This document shows, piece after piece, positions 1-7,752 of a stretch of 14,363 nt of DNA. This DNA comes from Myxococcota bacterium (GTDB taxonomy: Bacteria > Myxococcota > JACRCW01), in the NCBI GenBank assembly GCA_040752415.1, contig JBFMGU010000267.1, forward strand, positions 1-14,363, in the 5' to 3' direction. The position numbers were made by a program, and so were the translations under genes. The number at the start of each line of letters is the position of its first letter. Position 1 is the first letter of the stretch. Under the pieces are notes generated by a model. That model was not told the origin of the DNA and did no database searches. It saw only the letters and a list, made by a program, of their open reading frames with translations.

Positions 1-1554
1 CAGGGCCACCGGGGTGCTGCCGGAGCTGGAGGCGTCAAACGCAATCCACACCGGCTCGGGCGCGGGACGACGCGCGGCCAGCAGCGGCGCATGCGGCGCC
101 AACGACGCCGGAGCGGCAAACGTGACCGCCACCGGCGTCCCGTGCTGGGTTGCGGCCCGCGCCTCCGGCAGCGGGGTGAAGCCGGCGCGCGGCGCGGGCA
201 CGCTCAGCTCCAGGCCGGCATGCACGGAGTCATTGGGGTTGAGGCCGTTGAGGGCGCACAGGTCGCCCAGGCTGACCTTGTGACGACGCGCCACCGCGAG
301 CAGCGTCTCTCCCCGGCGCAGCTTCACCTTCTTGCTGGCCACCGCGGGCGGGTCGGCCTCACCGCGGGCCTTCAGCGCCTGCACCACCGCCGCGCCCTTG
401 CCCACGGGCACCCGCACGGTCAGTCCCCTGGGCAGGCGCACCTTGCCGGCCAGCGCGTTGGGGGTCAGCGCCGGGTTGAGCTCGGCAAGCCGGTCGCGGG
501 TGATGCCCTGGTCCAGCAGGTCGCGCACCGTGGCGCTGGTGGGGAGGGCCACCGCGTCAAAGGTCCAGGGCGGGAGCGGCCTGGTGTTGGGGAAGTAGTG
601 GTCGGCGTGGGTGATGACGTGCAGGGAGGCCAGGAACTCCGCGTAGTAGTTCTTGGCGGCAAACCCGAAGCTGCGCGTCTGGTACTCCCGCAGCACACGC
701 TCGATGTCGGTGGTGCCGAGCTGCGCACGGGCGCGCGCCATGCCGTTGGCGCCGTAGTTGTACGAGGTGACGGTCAACCCCCAGGAGCCCAGCCGTCCCT
801 TGGCCGCGGACAGGTAGCGCGCCGCCGCCATGGTGGCCAGCACGGGGTCCTTGCGCTCATCCACCACGTCGTTGATGACCAGGTACTCGCGCCCCGTGCC
901 GGAGAGGAACTGCCAGGGACCCACCGCGCCGCTGGCCGAGCGCGCGTGCACGTCCAGCAGGCTCTCGGTGAACGCCATGGCCACCAGGCCCTCCGGCATG
1001 CCGGCTTCCCGCAGCGCCTGCTGGATGGCGCCCAGGAAGCGACCACCCTGGCGCCAGCCATTGGCAAACCGGTCCTGCAGCCCGCGCTGGGAGCGCACCC
1101 GGCCGGCGGCGGCGCCAAAGCGCTCGGGGTCGTCGGAGCGGTGCTCCCAGGCCAGGAAGACCTCGCGCTGCAGGCCGCCCAGGCCCCGGGCGCTCTCGGG
1201 GCGGGTGACGTCCAGCTCGCGCAGCGCCTCGGCAATCTCCTCCCGCGCGGCCTTGACCTGCTCGGTGTAGCGGTCGGCCTTCTCGTTCTTCAGGGGCCAG
1301 TCGTCGCTGGGGCGGGGAGCGAACTCGCTGAGGTCCAGCACGCGGTAGATGACGTCGGGGTGGGCGCTGTCATGGATGGCCACCTGGTAGGTATGCCACT
1401 CCGCGTAGACCCGGACCCAGAACCCCACGGCGGGCGTGAGCGACTCCGGCATCTCGAAGGGGTGCGCCTCCGCGGCGCGCGCTGGCGCCACGGACAACAG
1501 CACGCCCATCAGGATTGCGGTGAGCCGGGCCATTCCCCCGCCGTGATGCAACAT
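1..1554 (-). CDS. MltD-like lytic murein transglycosylase (SLT domain) with LysM domain(s); 3' end lies beyond the left window edge
   Basis: Not in the ORF track because there is no stop inside the window; translated by hand. ATG at 1554 overlaps the dacB stop (TGATG); alternative ATG at 1533. Reads MLHHGGGMARLTAILMGVLLSVAPARAAEAHPF...VGFWVRVYAEW...AMAFTES (catalytic Glu-Ser)...SASGAVGPWQF...VDERKDPVLATMAAARYL...TSYNYG...FGFAAKNYYAEFLA, then LysM-like VKLRRGETLLAVARRHKVSLGDLCALNGL. Signal-peptide-like N-terminus. Confidence 0.9.
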   Translation of the reverse strand, partial: MLHHGGGMARLTAILMGVLLSVAPARAAEAHPFEMPESLTPAVGFWVRVYAEWHTYQVAIHDSAHPDVIYRVLDLSEFAPRPSDDWPLKNEKADRYTEQVKAAREEIAEALRELDVTRPESARGLGGLQREVFLAWEHRSDDPERFGAAAGRVRSQRGLQDRFANGWRQGGRFLGAIQQALREAGMPEGLVAMAFTESLLDVHARSASGAVGPWQFLSGTGREYLVINDVVDERKDPVLATMAAARYLSAAKGRLGSWGLTVTSYNYGANGMARARAQLGTTDIERVLREYQTRSFGFAAKNYYAEFLASLHVITHADHYFPNTRPLPPWTFDAVALPTSATVRDLLDQGITRDRLAELNPALTPNALAGKVRLPRGLTVRVPVGKGAAVVQALKARGEADPPAVASKKVKLRRGETLLAVARRHKVSLGDLCALNGLNPNDSVHAGLELSVPAPRAGFTPLPEARAATQHGTPVAVTFAAPASLAPHAPLLAARRPAPEPVWIAFDASSSGSTPVAL

Positions 1555-3215
1555 CAGGGGTCACCTCCGCCCGGGACGGTCTGCGTGGCGGCGGCCGGAG
1601 AGTCCAACTGCGCCGACTGGCTTCCACCCAGGCGCGCCGCGCGACGCGCCAGGACCACGTTGTAGTCGGTGTCCCCCGCCAGCGCTGCGCCAATGCGGTC
1701 CTGCATCTCCCAGCCGGTGCTGGCGGGCCCGGACAGCCCGTTGATCATGATGCTGAAGGCCACCGTCTCCCGACGTGGCGTCTCCAGGTACCCGCTGAGC
1801 GCGCTCACGCCAATCAGCGTGCCGGTCTTGGCGCGGAGCTGTCGCTCGGCCAGCGTGGCGCCCATGCGGTGGCTGAGCGTCCCGGAAGCCCCGGCCACAC
1901 CCAGGGAGCCCACGTACTCCGGGGCCAGCGTGGGGTCCTGCGCCATCTTGCGCAGCAGGCGCACCAGCTGCGCGGTGGTGAAGCGGTTGACGTCATTGAG
2001 GCCGCTGCCGTTGCCCATGATGTAGCTGCCGGGCGGGATGCCCACCTCACGCTCCAGGAAACCCTGCACCACCTGCAGCCCCTTCTGGGTGGTGCCCGGC
2101 GCACCGTAGACGTGCGCGCCCACCGCCTTGAGCAGCATCTCCGCCACGAAGTTGCTGGAGTGGTGGTTCAGGTTGGTCACGATGTCCTTCAGCGCGGGGC
2201 TGGCATCCAGCAGCAGCTGGCGCGCGTTCTCCGGTGTGACGCCCGGGCGCACCCGTCCCTTCACGTTGATCCCGCGCATCCTCAGCATGGCCATCAGGCT
2301 GGAGCCGAAGTGCGAGGAGGGGTTGAAGATGCGTCGCACCACGCGCTCGGCCGGCTCATGCACGCCGATGACGCCCTGCACCACCACGCGGGTCTTGTCG
2401 CCGTCCGGCAGGGTGCGCACCCAGAGGCGGCGGCCAAAGCGCACCGTCATCACCTGGCTCTCCACGACGAAATGGTCGCTGGGCGGCTCCACCTGGACCT
2501 GCGCGGGAGCGCCGCGGTGGGTGCCGGGCCGGACCCAGACCGCCACGGTGTTGGAGGTGAGGCTGAGCGCGCCGGCGGGCGCGGCGTAGGCGCGGTCAAA
2601 CTGGGTTTCCTGCTCCCAGCCCGGGGCCTCCCAGACCTGGTCGAAGTAGCTGTCGTCGAGGATGATGTCGCCGGTGATGTTCTGGATGCCGCGGGCGCTC
2701 AACTCGGTGGCCACGCGGTAGAGGCGCTCCTGCCCGATGGTCGGGTCGCCCACGCCGCGGACGATGAGGTCACCCTTGAGGGTGTTGCCCTCCAGCGTGC
2801 CGCGCACCAGGTACTCCGTGCGGAAGCGGAACTCCGGGCGCATCACCCGCAGCGCGGTGGCGCTGGTCACCAGCTTCACGCACGAGGCGGGGTTGAGCTG
2901 GGCGTCCTCGTTGAGCGTGATGAGTGGCGCCCCGTCGGAGAGGCGGGCGGCGTAGACGCTGACGCGCGCGCCCCGCAGCGCCGGGTTGCGCAGCGCTTCC
3001 TCCACGGCGGCGCGCAGCTCCGGCGAGACATCCCGGGCGTAGGTGGGCCGCGGCGCCTCCAGGGGAGGCAGCGGCGCGGTGGGCGTGGCCACGATGTCGA
3101 CGTCCGGCACGGTGGTCTGGGCCTGCGGGGGACGACCCTCCGCAACACGTGCCCCCAGCGCGGTGACCGCGGTCACCATCACCACCAGCCGAGAAGAACG
3201 CGAGGAGGTCAACAT
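1554..3215 (-). CDS. dacB: D-alanyl-D-alanine carboxypeptidase/endopeptidase (PBP4, peptidase S13)
   Basis: SxxK (PASCVKL), SxN (HSSNFVAE) and KTG (AKTGTLIGVSALSGY) motifs, plus S13 signatures GVGDPT and GNGSGL. Start taken as ATG 3215; GTG 3236 is the alternative. Confidence 0.93.
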   Translation of the reverse strand: MLTSSRSSRLVVMVTAVTALGARVAEGRPPQAQTTVPDVDIVATPTAPLPPLEAPRPTYARDVSPELRAAVEEALRNPALRGARVSVYAARLSDGAPLITLNEDAQLNPASCVKLVTSATALRVMRPEFRFRTEYLVRGTLEGNTLKGDLIVRGVGDPTIGQERLYRVATELSARGIQNITGDIILDDSYFDQVWEAPGWEQETQFDRAYAAPAGALSLTSNTVAVWVRPGTHRGAPAQVQVEPPSDHFVVESQVMTVRFGRRLWVRTLPDGDKTRVVVQGVIGVHEPAERVVRRIFNPSSHFGSSLMAMLRMRGINVKGRVRPGVTPENARQLLLDASPALKDIVTNLNHHSSNFVAEMLLKAVGAHVYGAPGTTQKGLQVVQGFLEREVGIPPGSYIMGNGSGLNDVNRFTTAQLVRLLRKMAQDPTLAPEYVGSLGVAGASGTLSHRMGATLAERQLRAKTGTLIGVSALSGYLETPRRETVAFSIMINGLSGPASTGWEMQDRIGAALAGDTDYNVVLARRAARLGGSQSAQLDSPAAATQTVPGGGDP

Positions 3216-3353
3216 CGACTCTTCAACACCAGACACGTCAGGGGGATTGTCTCACACCATAACGGTGGCCCGATCCGGGCGCGAATTTTGATCCGAGCTT
3301 TGGAATCCAGCGGTAGGTGGCGACTATGATGCGCCTTCCCGGGCCGGGAGGCC

Positions 3354-5726
3354 ATGGGACGAACGCGCGATGGTGGCATGCCGAAGAGGGCACACGCTCG
3401 CAAGAAGACAACCGCCGCTCCCGCTCCGGTGAAGCCGGCGCACGTGGGAGGTGAGCCCACAGGCCCCGCGGCCCGTGCGCGCGCGCGTTCGACCCTGCTC
3501 TCCCTGCCCCCCGCCACGACCAGACAGCTGCCCGGCAACGGCAAGCTGCGCGCGGAGAAACGGGACGCCGGCGCGCCGTTCCTGCCGTGGCAACCCCCGG
3601 CTCCCGCGCGGGTGCGACCTTCTCCCACCCCGGCGGCCGGGCAAGATGCCACGCGGGTGGGGGCGGGACCCACCCCGTCGTCGGCCGAGGGGGCGGGTGG
3701 GGTTGCCCTCGAGGCGCCTGCGCTGGTCGAGCCGGCTGTCGGCCCGACGGCACTGCCGTCCCCGGGCGCCGAGGAGGCGCCGCCCCCGACGGTGCAGGTC
3801 GCTCCGCCCGTCGTTGAACGGCGCGCGGAGGCACCGGCTGCGACGGAGCAGGCCGCTCCGCCCGTGGTTGAACGGCCCGCGGAGGCGCCTGTTCCGACGG
3901 AGCAGGCCGCTTCGCCCGTGGTTGAACGGCCCGCGGAGGCGCCGCCGCCGTCGCAGCCTGTCGCTGCGTCCCCCGGGGAGCGGTCCGAGGCGCCATCGCC
4001 GTCGGTGCTGGTGGCTGCGCCCGTCGTTGAACGGCCTGACGGGCCACCGCCGCCGTCAGTGCAGGTGGCTCCGGCCGTCGTTGACCGGCCTGAGGCGCCG
4101 CCAGCTTCGGTGCTCGCCGCGGCACCCGTGGCAGGGGTCGCGGGGGACGTGGCGGGTCCGCCCGACACGGTGGCTCCGCCCCGCGAGCCGAGCGCCGAAG
4201 CGCGGCCGCCTCCGACGGACCCAGCGGCCCCGCCCGTCGAGACCTCGCCCCTGGATGCCTCGTCACCCACGGTGCGGACGCCCGCAACGGTCGAACCGGC
4301 GGGTGTGGACGCTTCGCCGCCGCCGGTCGTCGCCGCACCGCTCGACGATGGGGACGCGCTCCCCGCGGCGGCGGACGCGCCCGTCACCGCGCTGGTCACG
4401 CTTCCTGTTCTTGGGGAACGGGAAGCCGGCGCCGCTCCGGCTGCGTGGGATGGGCACGCCGCGCATGAAGCGGTTTCCGCCGCCGCGGTGCCCGCGCCGC
4501 CTGCGCACTTCGACGTGCGGGCCCTGACCGTGGTGGGACCGGTGGGCGTCCCGGCGAGCTTTGAGCTCACGCGTGAGCCCGTCCCGCCGGCGGGGGGGCC
4601 GGCGCACTTCGAGGCGCCCGCGCAGATTGCGGGACCGCTGGGGGTGCCGGCGAGCTTCGAGGCCCCGTCGGTTCCCACCATCCGCGCGGCCATCCCGCAC
4701 AACGACGCGAGCCTTGATGCGGCCGTGGCCGCAGCGCGTCGTCTGGCGGCGGGACGACGTCAGGCGTGGCTGGTGCGTGCCCTGGGGCTGCTGGCCATGC
4801 TGGGCGGTGCCGGCGGGCTCGCGGGCTACCAGTGGCACCTGCGCACCCTGGCGGAGGAACGCGCCGCGGTGGCCGCCGCTGCCGCTGCCGCGCGACTGCC
4901 CCCGCCGCCGATCTACGTGGACCTGGCCCGCCCGAGGCCGTTGCCGGCGCGGGAGGCGTCATTCGAGCCGTTGTCGCCGCGCCCGCAGCAGGTGGTGATC
5001 AAGGGCTCCGGCACGTTGCCCAAGGTTGCGCTCACGTTTGACGCGTGCAGCACGCACAGCTTCGTGGGCTGGGATGACCGGGTCATGGACATCCTGGAGC
5101 GTTACGAGGTGCCCGCCACGTTCTTCCTGGGTGGCCGTTTCGTGGCCGAGCGCCCGGAAACCGCGCAGCTTCTCGCCGAGAACCCGCTCTTCGACCTGCA
5201 GGGTCACACCTACTTCCATCCCCACCTCCCCGAGGTCACGCCCCGCAAGGTGGTGCAGGAGCTTGTGGAGACGGATTGGGCGGTGTTCTCCGCCACTGGT
5301 CGACGCGCCACCATGTTCCGCCCGCCGTACGGCGAGTACAGCGTGGAGGTGGTGAAGGCCGCCACCGCCGCCGGCTACCTCCCCATCCAGTACGACGTGG
5401 CCAGCGGCGACCCCGACCCCTCCTTCCACGCCGGGAAGCTGCTGGAGAGCCTGCTGACGCAGGTGCGTCCGGGCTCGATCGTGGTGCTGCACGCCAACGG
5501 ACACGGACAACACACGCCCTCCGCCCTGCCTCTCATCATCGACGCGCTGCGCGAGCGCGGTTACGAGCTGACCACCGTGGGTGACGTGTTGGCCGAAGGA
5601 GATTGGGAGGTGGACGACGGGCGGAAGGGGCCGCGTCGCAAGAAGCCCCCGCCGCCCCCGCCGCCGTCCAGCGCTCCCGAGGCCACACCCATCAGCGCCG
5701 TGGCTCCGGTCGGGGAGGGACCGTGA
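3354..5726 (+). CDS. Membrane-anchored polysaccharide deacetylase (CE4/NodB domain) with long Pro/Ala-rich N-terminal region
   Basis: C-terminal NodB motifs: VALTFDAC, PATFFLGG, GHTYFHPHL, FRPPYG, PGSIVVLHANG, LRERGYELTTV. Single hydrophobic helix WLVRALGLLAMLGGAGGLAGY precedes the domain. Start uncertain (3354 or 3378). Confidence 0.85.
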   Translation: MGRTRDGGMPKRAHARKKTTAAPAPVKPAHVGGEPTGPAARARARSTLLSLPPATTRQLPGNGKLRAEKRDAGAPFLPWQPPAPARVRPSPTPAAGQDATRVGAGPTPSSAEGAGGVALEAPALVEPAVGPTALPSPGAEEAPPPTVQVAPPVVERRAEAPAATEQAAPPVVERPAEAPVPTEQAASPVVERPAEAPPPSQPVAASPGERSEAPSPSVLVAAPVVERPDGPPPPSVQVAPAVVDRPEAPPASVLAAAPVAGVAGDVAGPPDTVAPPREPSAEARPPPTDPAAPPVETSPLDASSPTVRTPATVEPAGVDASPPPVVAAPLDDGDALPAAADAPVTALVTLPVLGEREAGAAPAAWDGHAAHEAVSAAAVPAPPAHFDVRALTVVGPVGVPASFELTREPVPPAGGPAHFEAPAQIAGPLGVPASFEAPSVPTIRAAIPHNDASLDAAVAAARRLAAGRRQAWLVRALGLLAMLGGAGGLAGYQWHLRTLAEERAAVAAAAAAARLPPPPIYVDLARPRPLPAREASFEPLSPRPQQVVIKGSGTLPKVALTFDACSTHSFVGWDDRVMDILERYEVPATFFLGGRFVAERPETAQLLAENPLFDLQGHTYFHPHLPEVTPRKVVQELVETDWAVFSATGRRATMFRPPYGEYSVEVVKAATAAGYLPIQYDVASGDPDPSFHAGKLLESLLTQVRPGSIVVLHANGHGQHTPSALPLIIDALRERGYELTTVGDVLAEGDWEVDDGRKGPRRKKPPPPPPPSSAPEATPISAVAPVGEGP
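3771..4130 (+). repeat. Degenerate ~54-bp (18-aa) coding tandem repeat, ~6-7 copies
   Basis: Anchor GTTGA(A/C)CGG at 3813, 3867, 3921, 4026 and 4080 (steps of 54, 54, 105, 54). Protein units resemble AEAPAATEQAAPPVVERP. Confidence 0.85.
4500..4661 (+). repeat. Two-copy internal duplication PAHF..x..GP(V/L)GVPASFE in the deacetylase linker
   Basis: PAHFDVRALTVVGPVGVPASFE and PAHFEAPAQIAGPLGVPASFE, with matching DNA (gcgcacttcga, ccggcgagctt). Confidence 0.75.
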
Positions 5727-6091
5727 GACACGCCTGGCTCCTCCTTGCCCTGGTGTTGCCGCTGGGGGCCTCCCCCGCGTTCGCGCACCCGCAGCCCGCC
5801 TCGGTCTCGACGACGCGCGCGGCCGCCAAGCCGCGACCCAAGCCCAAGCGCAAACCGCCCAAGAAGCGCCCCAGGAAGAAGACCGTGGTGCCCCCGGAGC
5901 AGGCGGAGCAGGCCCTGCACGCCGAGCGGCTGGCGGTGGTCACGCGCCTCAGGGACGTGAACCGCGACCTCAAGGACGCCGAGCTGGCCGCCACCGTCGA
6001 GCGGCTGGAGGAGAAGGAGCGCAAGCGCCACGAGCTGGTCCTCAAGGTGCTGGCCGCGGAGGCCGCCAAGGCCGCGGAGGACAAGAAGTGA
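5723..6091 (+). CDS. Secreted hypothetical protein with Lys/Arg/Pro-rich tract and C-terminal helical hairpin (122 aa)
   Basis: GTG 5723 overlaps the deacetylase stop (GTGA). Signal peptide MRHAWLLLALVLPLGASPAFA, then KPRPKPKRKPPKKRPRKK and a coiled-coil-like tail. Strong GC3 bias. Confidence 0.8.
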   Translation: MRHAWLLLALVLPLGASPAFAHPQPASVSTTRAAAKPRPKPKRKPPKKRPRKKTVVPPEQAEQALHAERLAVVTRLRDVNRDLKDAELAATVERLEEKERKRHELVLKVLAAEAAKAAEDKK

Positions 6092-6435
6092 TGCCCGTCC
6101 GCGCCCGTCCCCCGAGGAAGAGCCACTGGTCGGCGCGAGCGGTGCTGACGGCGTTGGCGTTGTGGAGCTGTGAGCCGGAGCCGGAGCTGGCCGTTTCCCT
6201 GGCCTCCCTGCGCGAGGACGCGCCTCCGGAGGCCGCTGGCGGACCTACCCTGGATGCCGGCACCTCCGACGGAGGCCCCAAGTCCGCCGCCGAGCTGTTG
6301 GCCGAGCGCCTGGAGCAGGAGATCACGTCGGGCAACGCGTTGCAGAAGGCGCGCGAGCTGGAGTCCGAATTGGACAAGGAGATTGGCGCGTTGGAAGCCC
6401 GCCTCTCCCCCGTGGAGGTGGAGCTGGAGGAATGA
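6091..6435 (+). CDS. Putative small acidic lipoprotein (114 aa)
   Basis: ATG 6091 overlaps the upstream TGA (TGATG). Basic N-terminus, hydrophobic stretch and lipobox-like LALWS-C; acidic helical C-terminus EQEITSGNALQKARELESELDKEI. Confidence 0.7.
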   Translation: MPVRARPPRKSHWSARAVLTALALWSCEPEPELAVSLASLREDAPPEAAGGPTLDAGTSDGGPKSAAELLAERLEQEITSGNALQKARELESELDKEIGALEARLSPVEVELEE

Positions 6436-6795
6436 CGCAGGGCATTTGCCTCCCCCCCCCGCCACGGCCTGCAGCGCCACCATCCTTCCGAAGATCTTCG
6501 AGAGCTCCTCGCCTCTCCCGAGATGCTGGCTTGCCCGAAGGGTAGGGCCTCCGCGTACGTCCAATTGAGCGCTGGGTCGCGGCGCGCGGCGTCGTGATTC
6601 CTGCCGTGGGTGCCCAGCGAGAGGTACGCGCGGGTCCCCAGCCGCCATTCCGCGACGTCTTCACTGCGGCTCCCGTGAAGCGCTTTCAGTCGCGGCGCCG
6701 GCCCCCACGATGACCACGGTTGCCAGGTGGAAAACCGGCCTGTAGACGTCCGGGCCCTTCAGCCAACAGCCCCGTCGTTGGGCGCGGGAGGACCC

Positions 6796-7170
6796 ATGAC
6801 CACCAACCAGGAGCTCCGTTGGGAGGATCGACGCGAGTCGCTGCGAGTGCCCGTGGAGATGCTGGTGCGCTCCTATGACCAGGACACCTTCGAGGTCTGC
6901 ACGGGAGACATCTCCCTCGGAGGCGCGCGCATCAACTTCCGTCGACCGCCGCGCGACCCGCAGGTGGAGGTGCTCCTGCAACTGGGCGGTCCGTGGGGCG
7001 AGGTCCGCCTCCAGGGAGACATCATCGGATTCCGCGCCGTGGGGAATGTCTATGAGGCTCGCGTGTGCTTCGTGGATTGGGACACCATGGATGAGCTGGC
7101 GCTGGCACGCATGATCCATGAGGTCTCCCAGGGCTGGGAAACCTGGACCGCCGACGCCGCCTTGGTGTGA
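6796..7170 (+). CDS. Stand-alone PilZ-domain protein (predicted c-di-GMP receptor), 124 aa
   Basis: GGAGGA RBS at 6787-6792 before ATG 6796. RxxxR (RRESLR) and DxSxxG (DISLGG) motifs present. Confidence 0.85.
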   Translation: MTTNQELRWEDRRESLRVPVEMLVRSYDQDTFEVCTGDISLGGARINFRRPPRDPQVEVLLQLGGPWGEVRLQGDIIGFRAVGNVYEARVCFVDWDTMDELALARMIHEVSQGWETWTADAALV

Positions 7171-7203
7171 CGACGGGGCCGCTGCCGGCAACCTGCGCCA
7201 CTC

Positions 7204-7234
7204 CCTGCCCCCAAAAGCGGGTTGGGAGGGCAGG
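7204..7234. terminator. Stem-loop between convergent PilZ and HTH genes; possible terminator or RNA stabiliser
   Basis: CCTGCCC-CCAA ... TTGG-(GA)-GGGCAGG pairing; no strong U-tract. Confidence 0.4.
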
Positions 7235-7257
7235 ACGCTTCAACCGGAGAGTCAACC

Positions 7258-7752
7258 TCACGCCTCCCACCATGCTTGCGCGGAGCGGCCTCCCCCATGC
7301 ACTGCCGCGCGAGCGCGCTGCCCACCGCTCTCCACGACCGGCGTGACCAGGTTCTCTCGTCGTGCCAACAACCCGGCCAGCTCCAGCTCCGTCACGGCAC
7401 GTAACACCTCCCGCACTTCCAGCCCGGTTGACAGCACCAGATCATCCACGGTGCGGGGCGCGGGCTCCAAGGCGTCGAGAACCAAATCCTCGGCGCTCTT
7501 CCGGCGCGGGCGTCCCGACGTCGCGCCTTCCAGGTGTGCGTCGGCAACGGGTTGATCTCGACGCTGCAGGAGGTCGCCTGGTGTGCAGTCCAGTGCCTCA
7601 CAAAGCGCCTCCAGCGTCGAAAGCCGGATGGCGTGGGCACGGCCAACCTTCAGGTTCCAGAGACACTGACGGGAAATGCCGACCCGTCTCGAGAGCGCGT
7701 CGAGGGACATCCTTCGGTCCAACATGACCTGCTCGAGGTTGACACGGATCAT
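7258..7752 (-). CDS. XRE/Cro-C1 (YozG-like) HTH regulator fused to a C-terminal DprA-type winged-helix domain
   Basis: N-terminal MIRVNLEQVMLDRRMSLDALSRRVGISRQCLWNLKVGRAHAIRLSTLEALCEALDCTPGDLL closely resembles the YozG family. The C-terminal segment EDLVLDALEPAPRTVDDLVLSTGLEVREVLRAVTELELAGLL resembles DprA_WH. Start ATG 7752 (alternative 7794). Confidence 0.8.
   Translation of the reverse strand: MIRVNLEQVMLDRRMSLDALSRRVGISRQCLWNLKVGRAHAIRLSTLEALCEALDCTPGDLLQRRDQPVADAHLEGATSGRPRRKSAEDLVLDALEPAPRTVDDLVLSTGLEVREVLRAVTELELAGLLARRENLVTPVVESGGQRARAAVHGGGRSAQAWWEA

Noticed and set aside
3300..3330. Sigma70 promoter (TTGGAA...TATGAT) for the deacetylase
   Set aside because: The -10 is plausible, but the -35 is weak with a 19-bp spacer; not enough support.
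91..4702. Long ORFs 91..1665(+), 1869..3329(+) and 3209..4702(-)
   Set aside because: Antisense shadows of the transglycosylase, dacB and deacetylase genes, expected from high-GC codon bias; no motifs.
6452..6460. C9 homopolymer as a phase-variation tract
   Set aside because: Intergenic just after a stop codon and not within an identifiable promoter or CDS.
6675..6688. LacI/cre-like site GTGAAGCGCTTTCA
   Set aside because: Left half is imperfect, it is a single occurrence, and no LacI-family or sugar genes are nearby.
6436..6795. c-di-GMP riboswitch, 6S RNA or SRP RNA upstream of the PilZ gene
   Set aside because: I could not find the conserved sequence hallmarks of these families by eye; kept only as a generic structured-RNA candidate.
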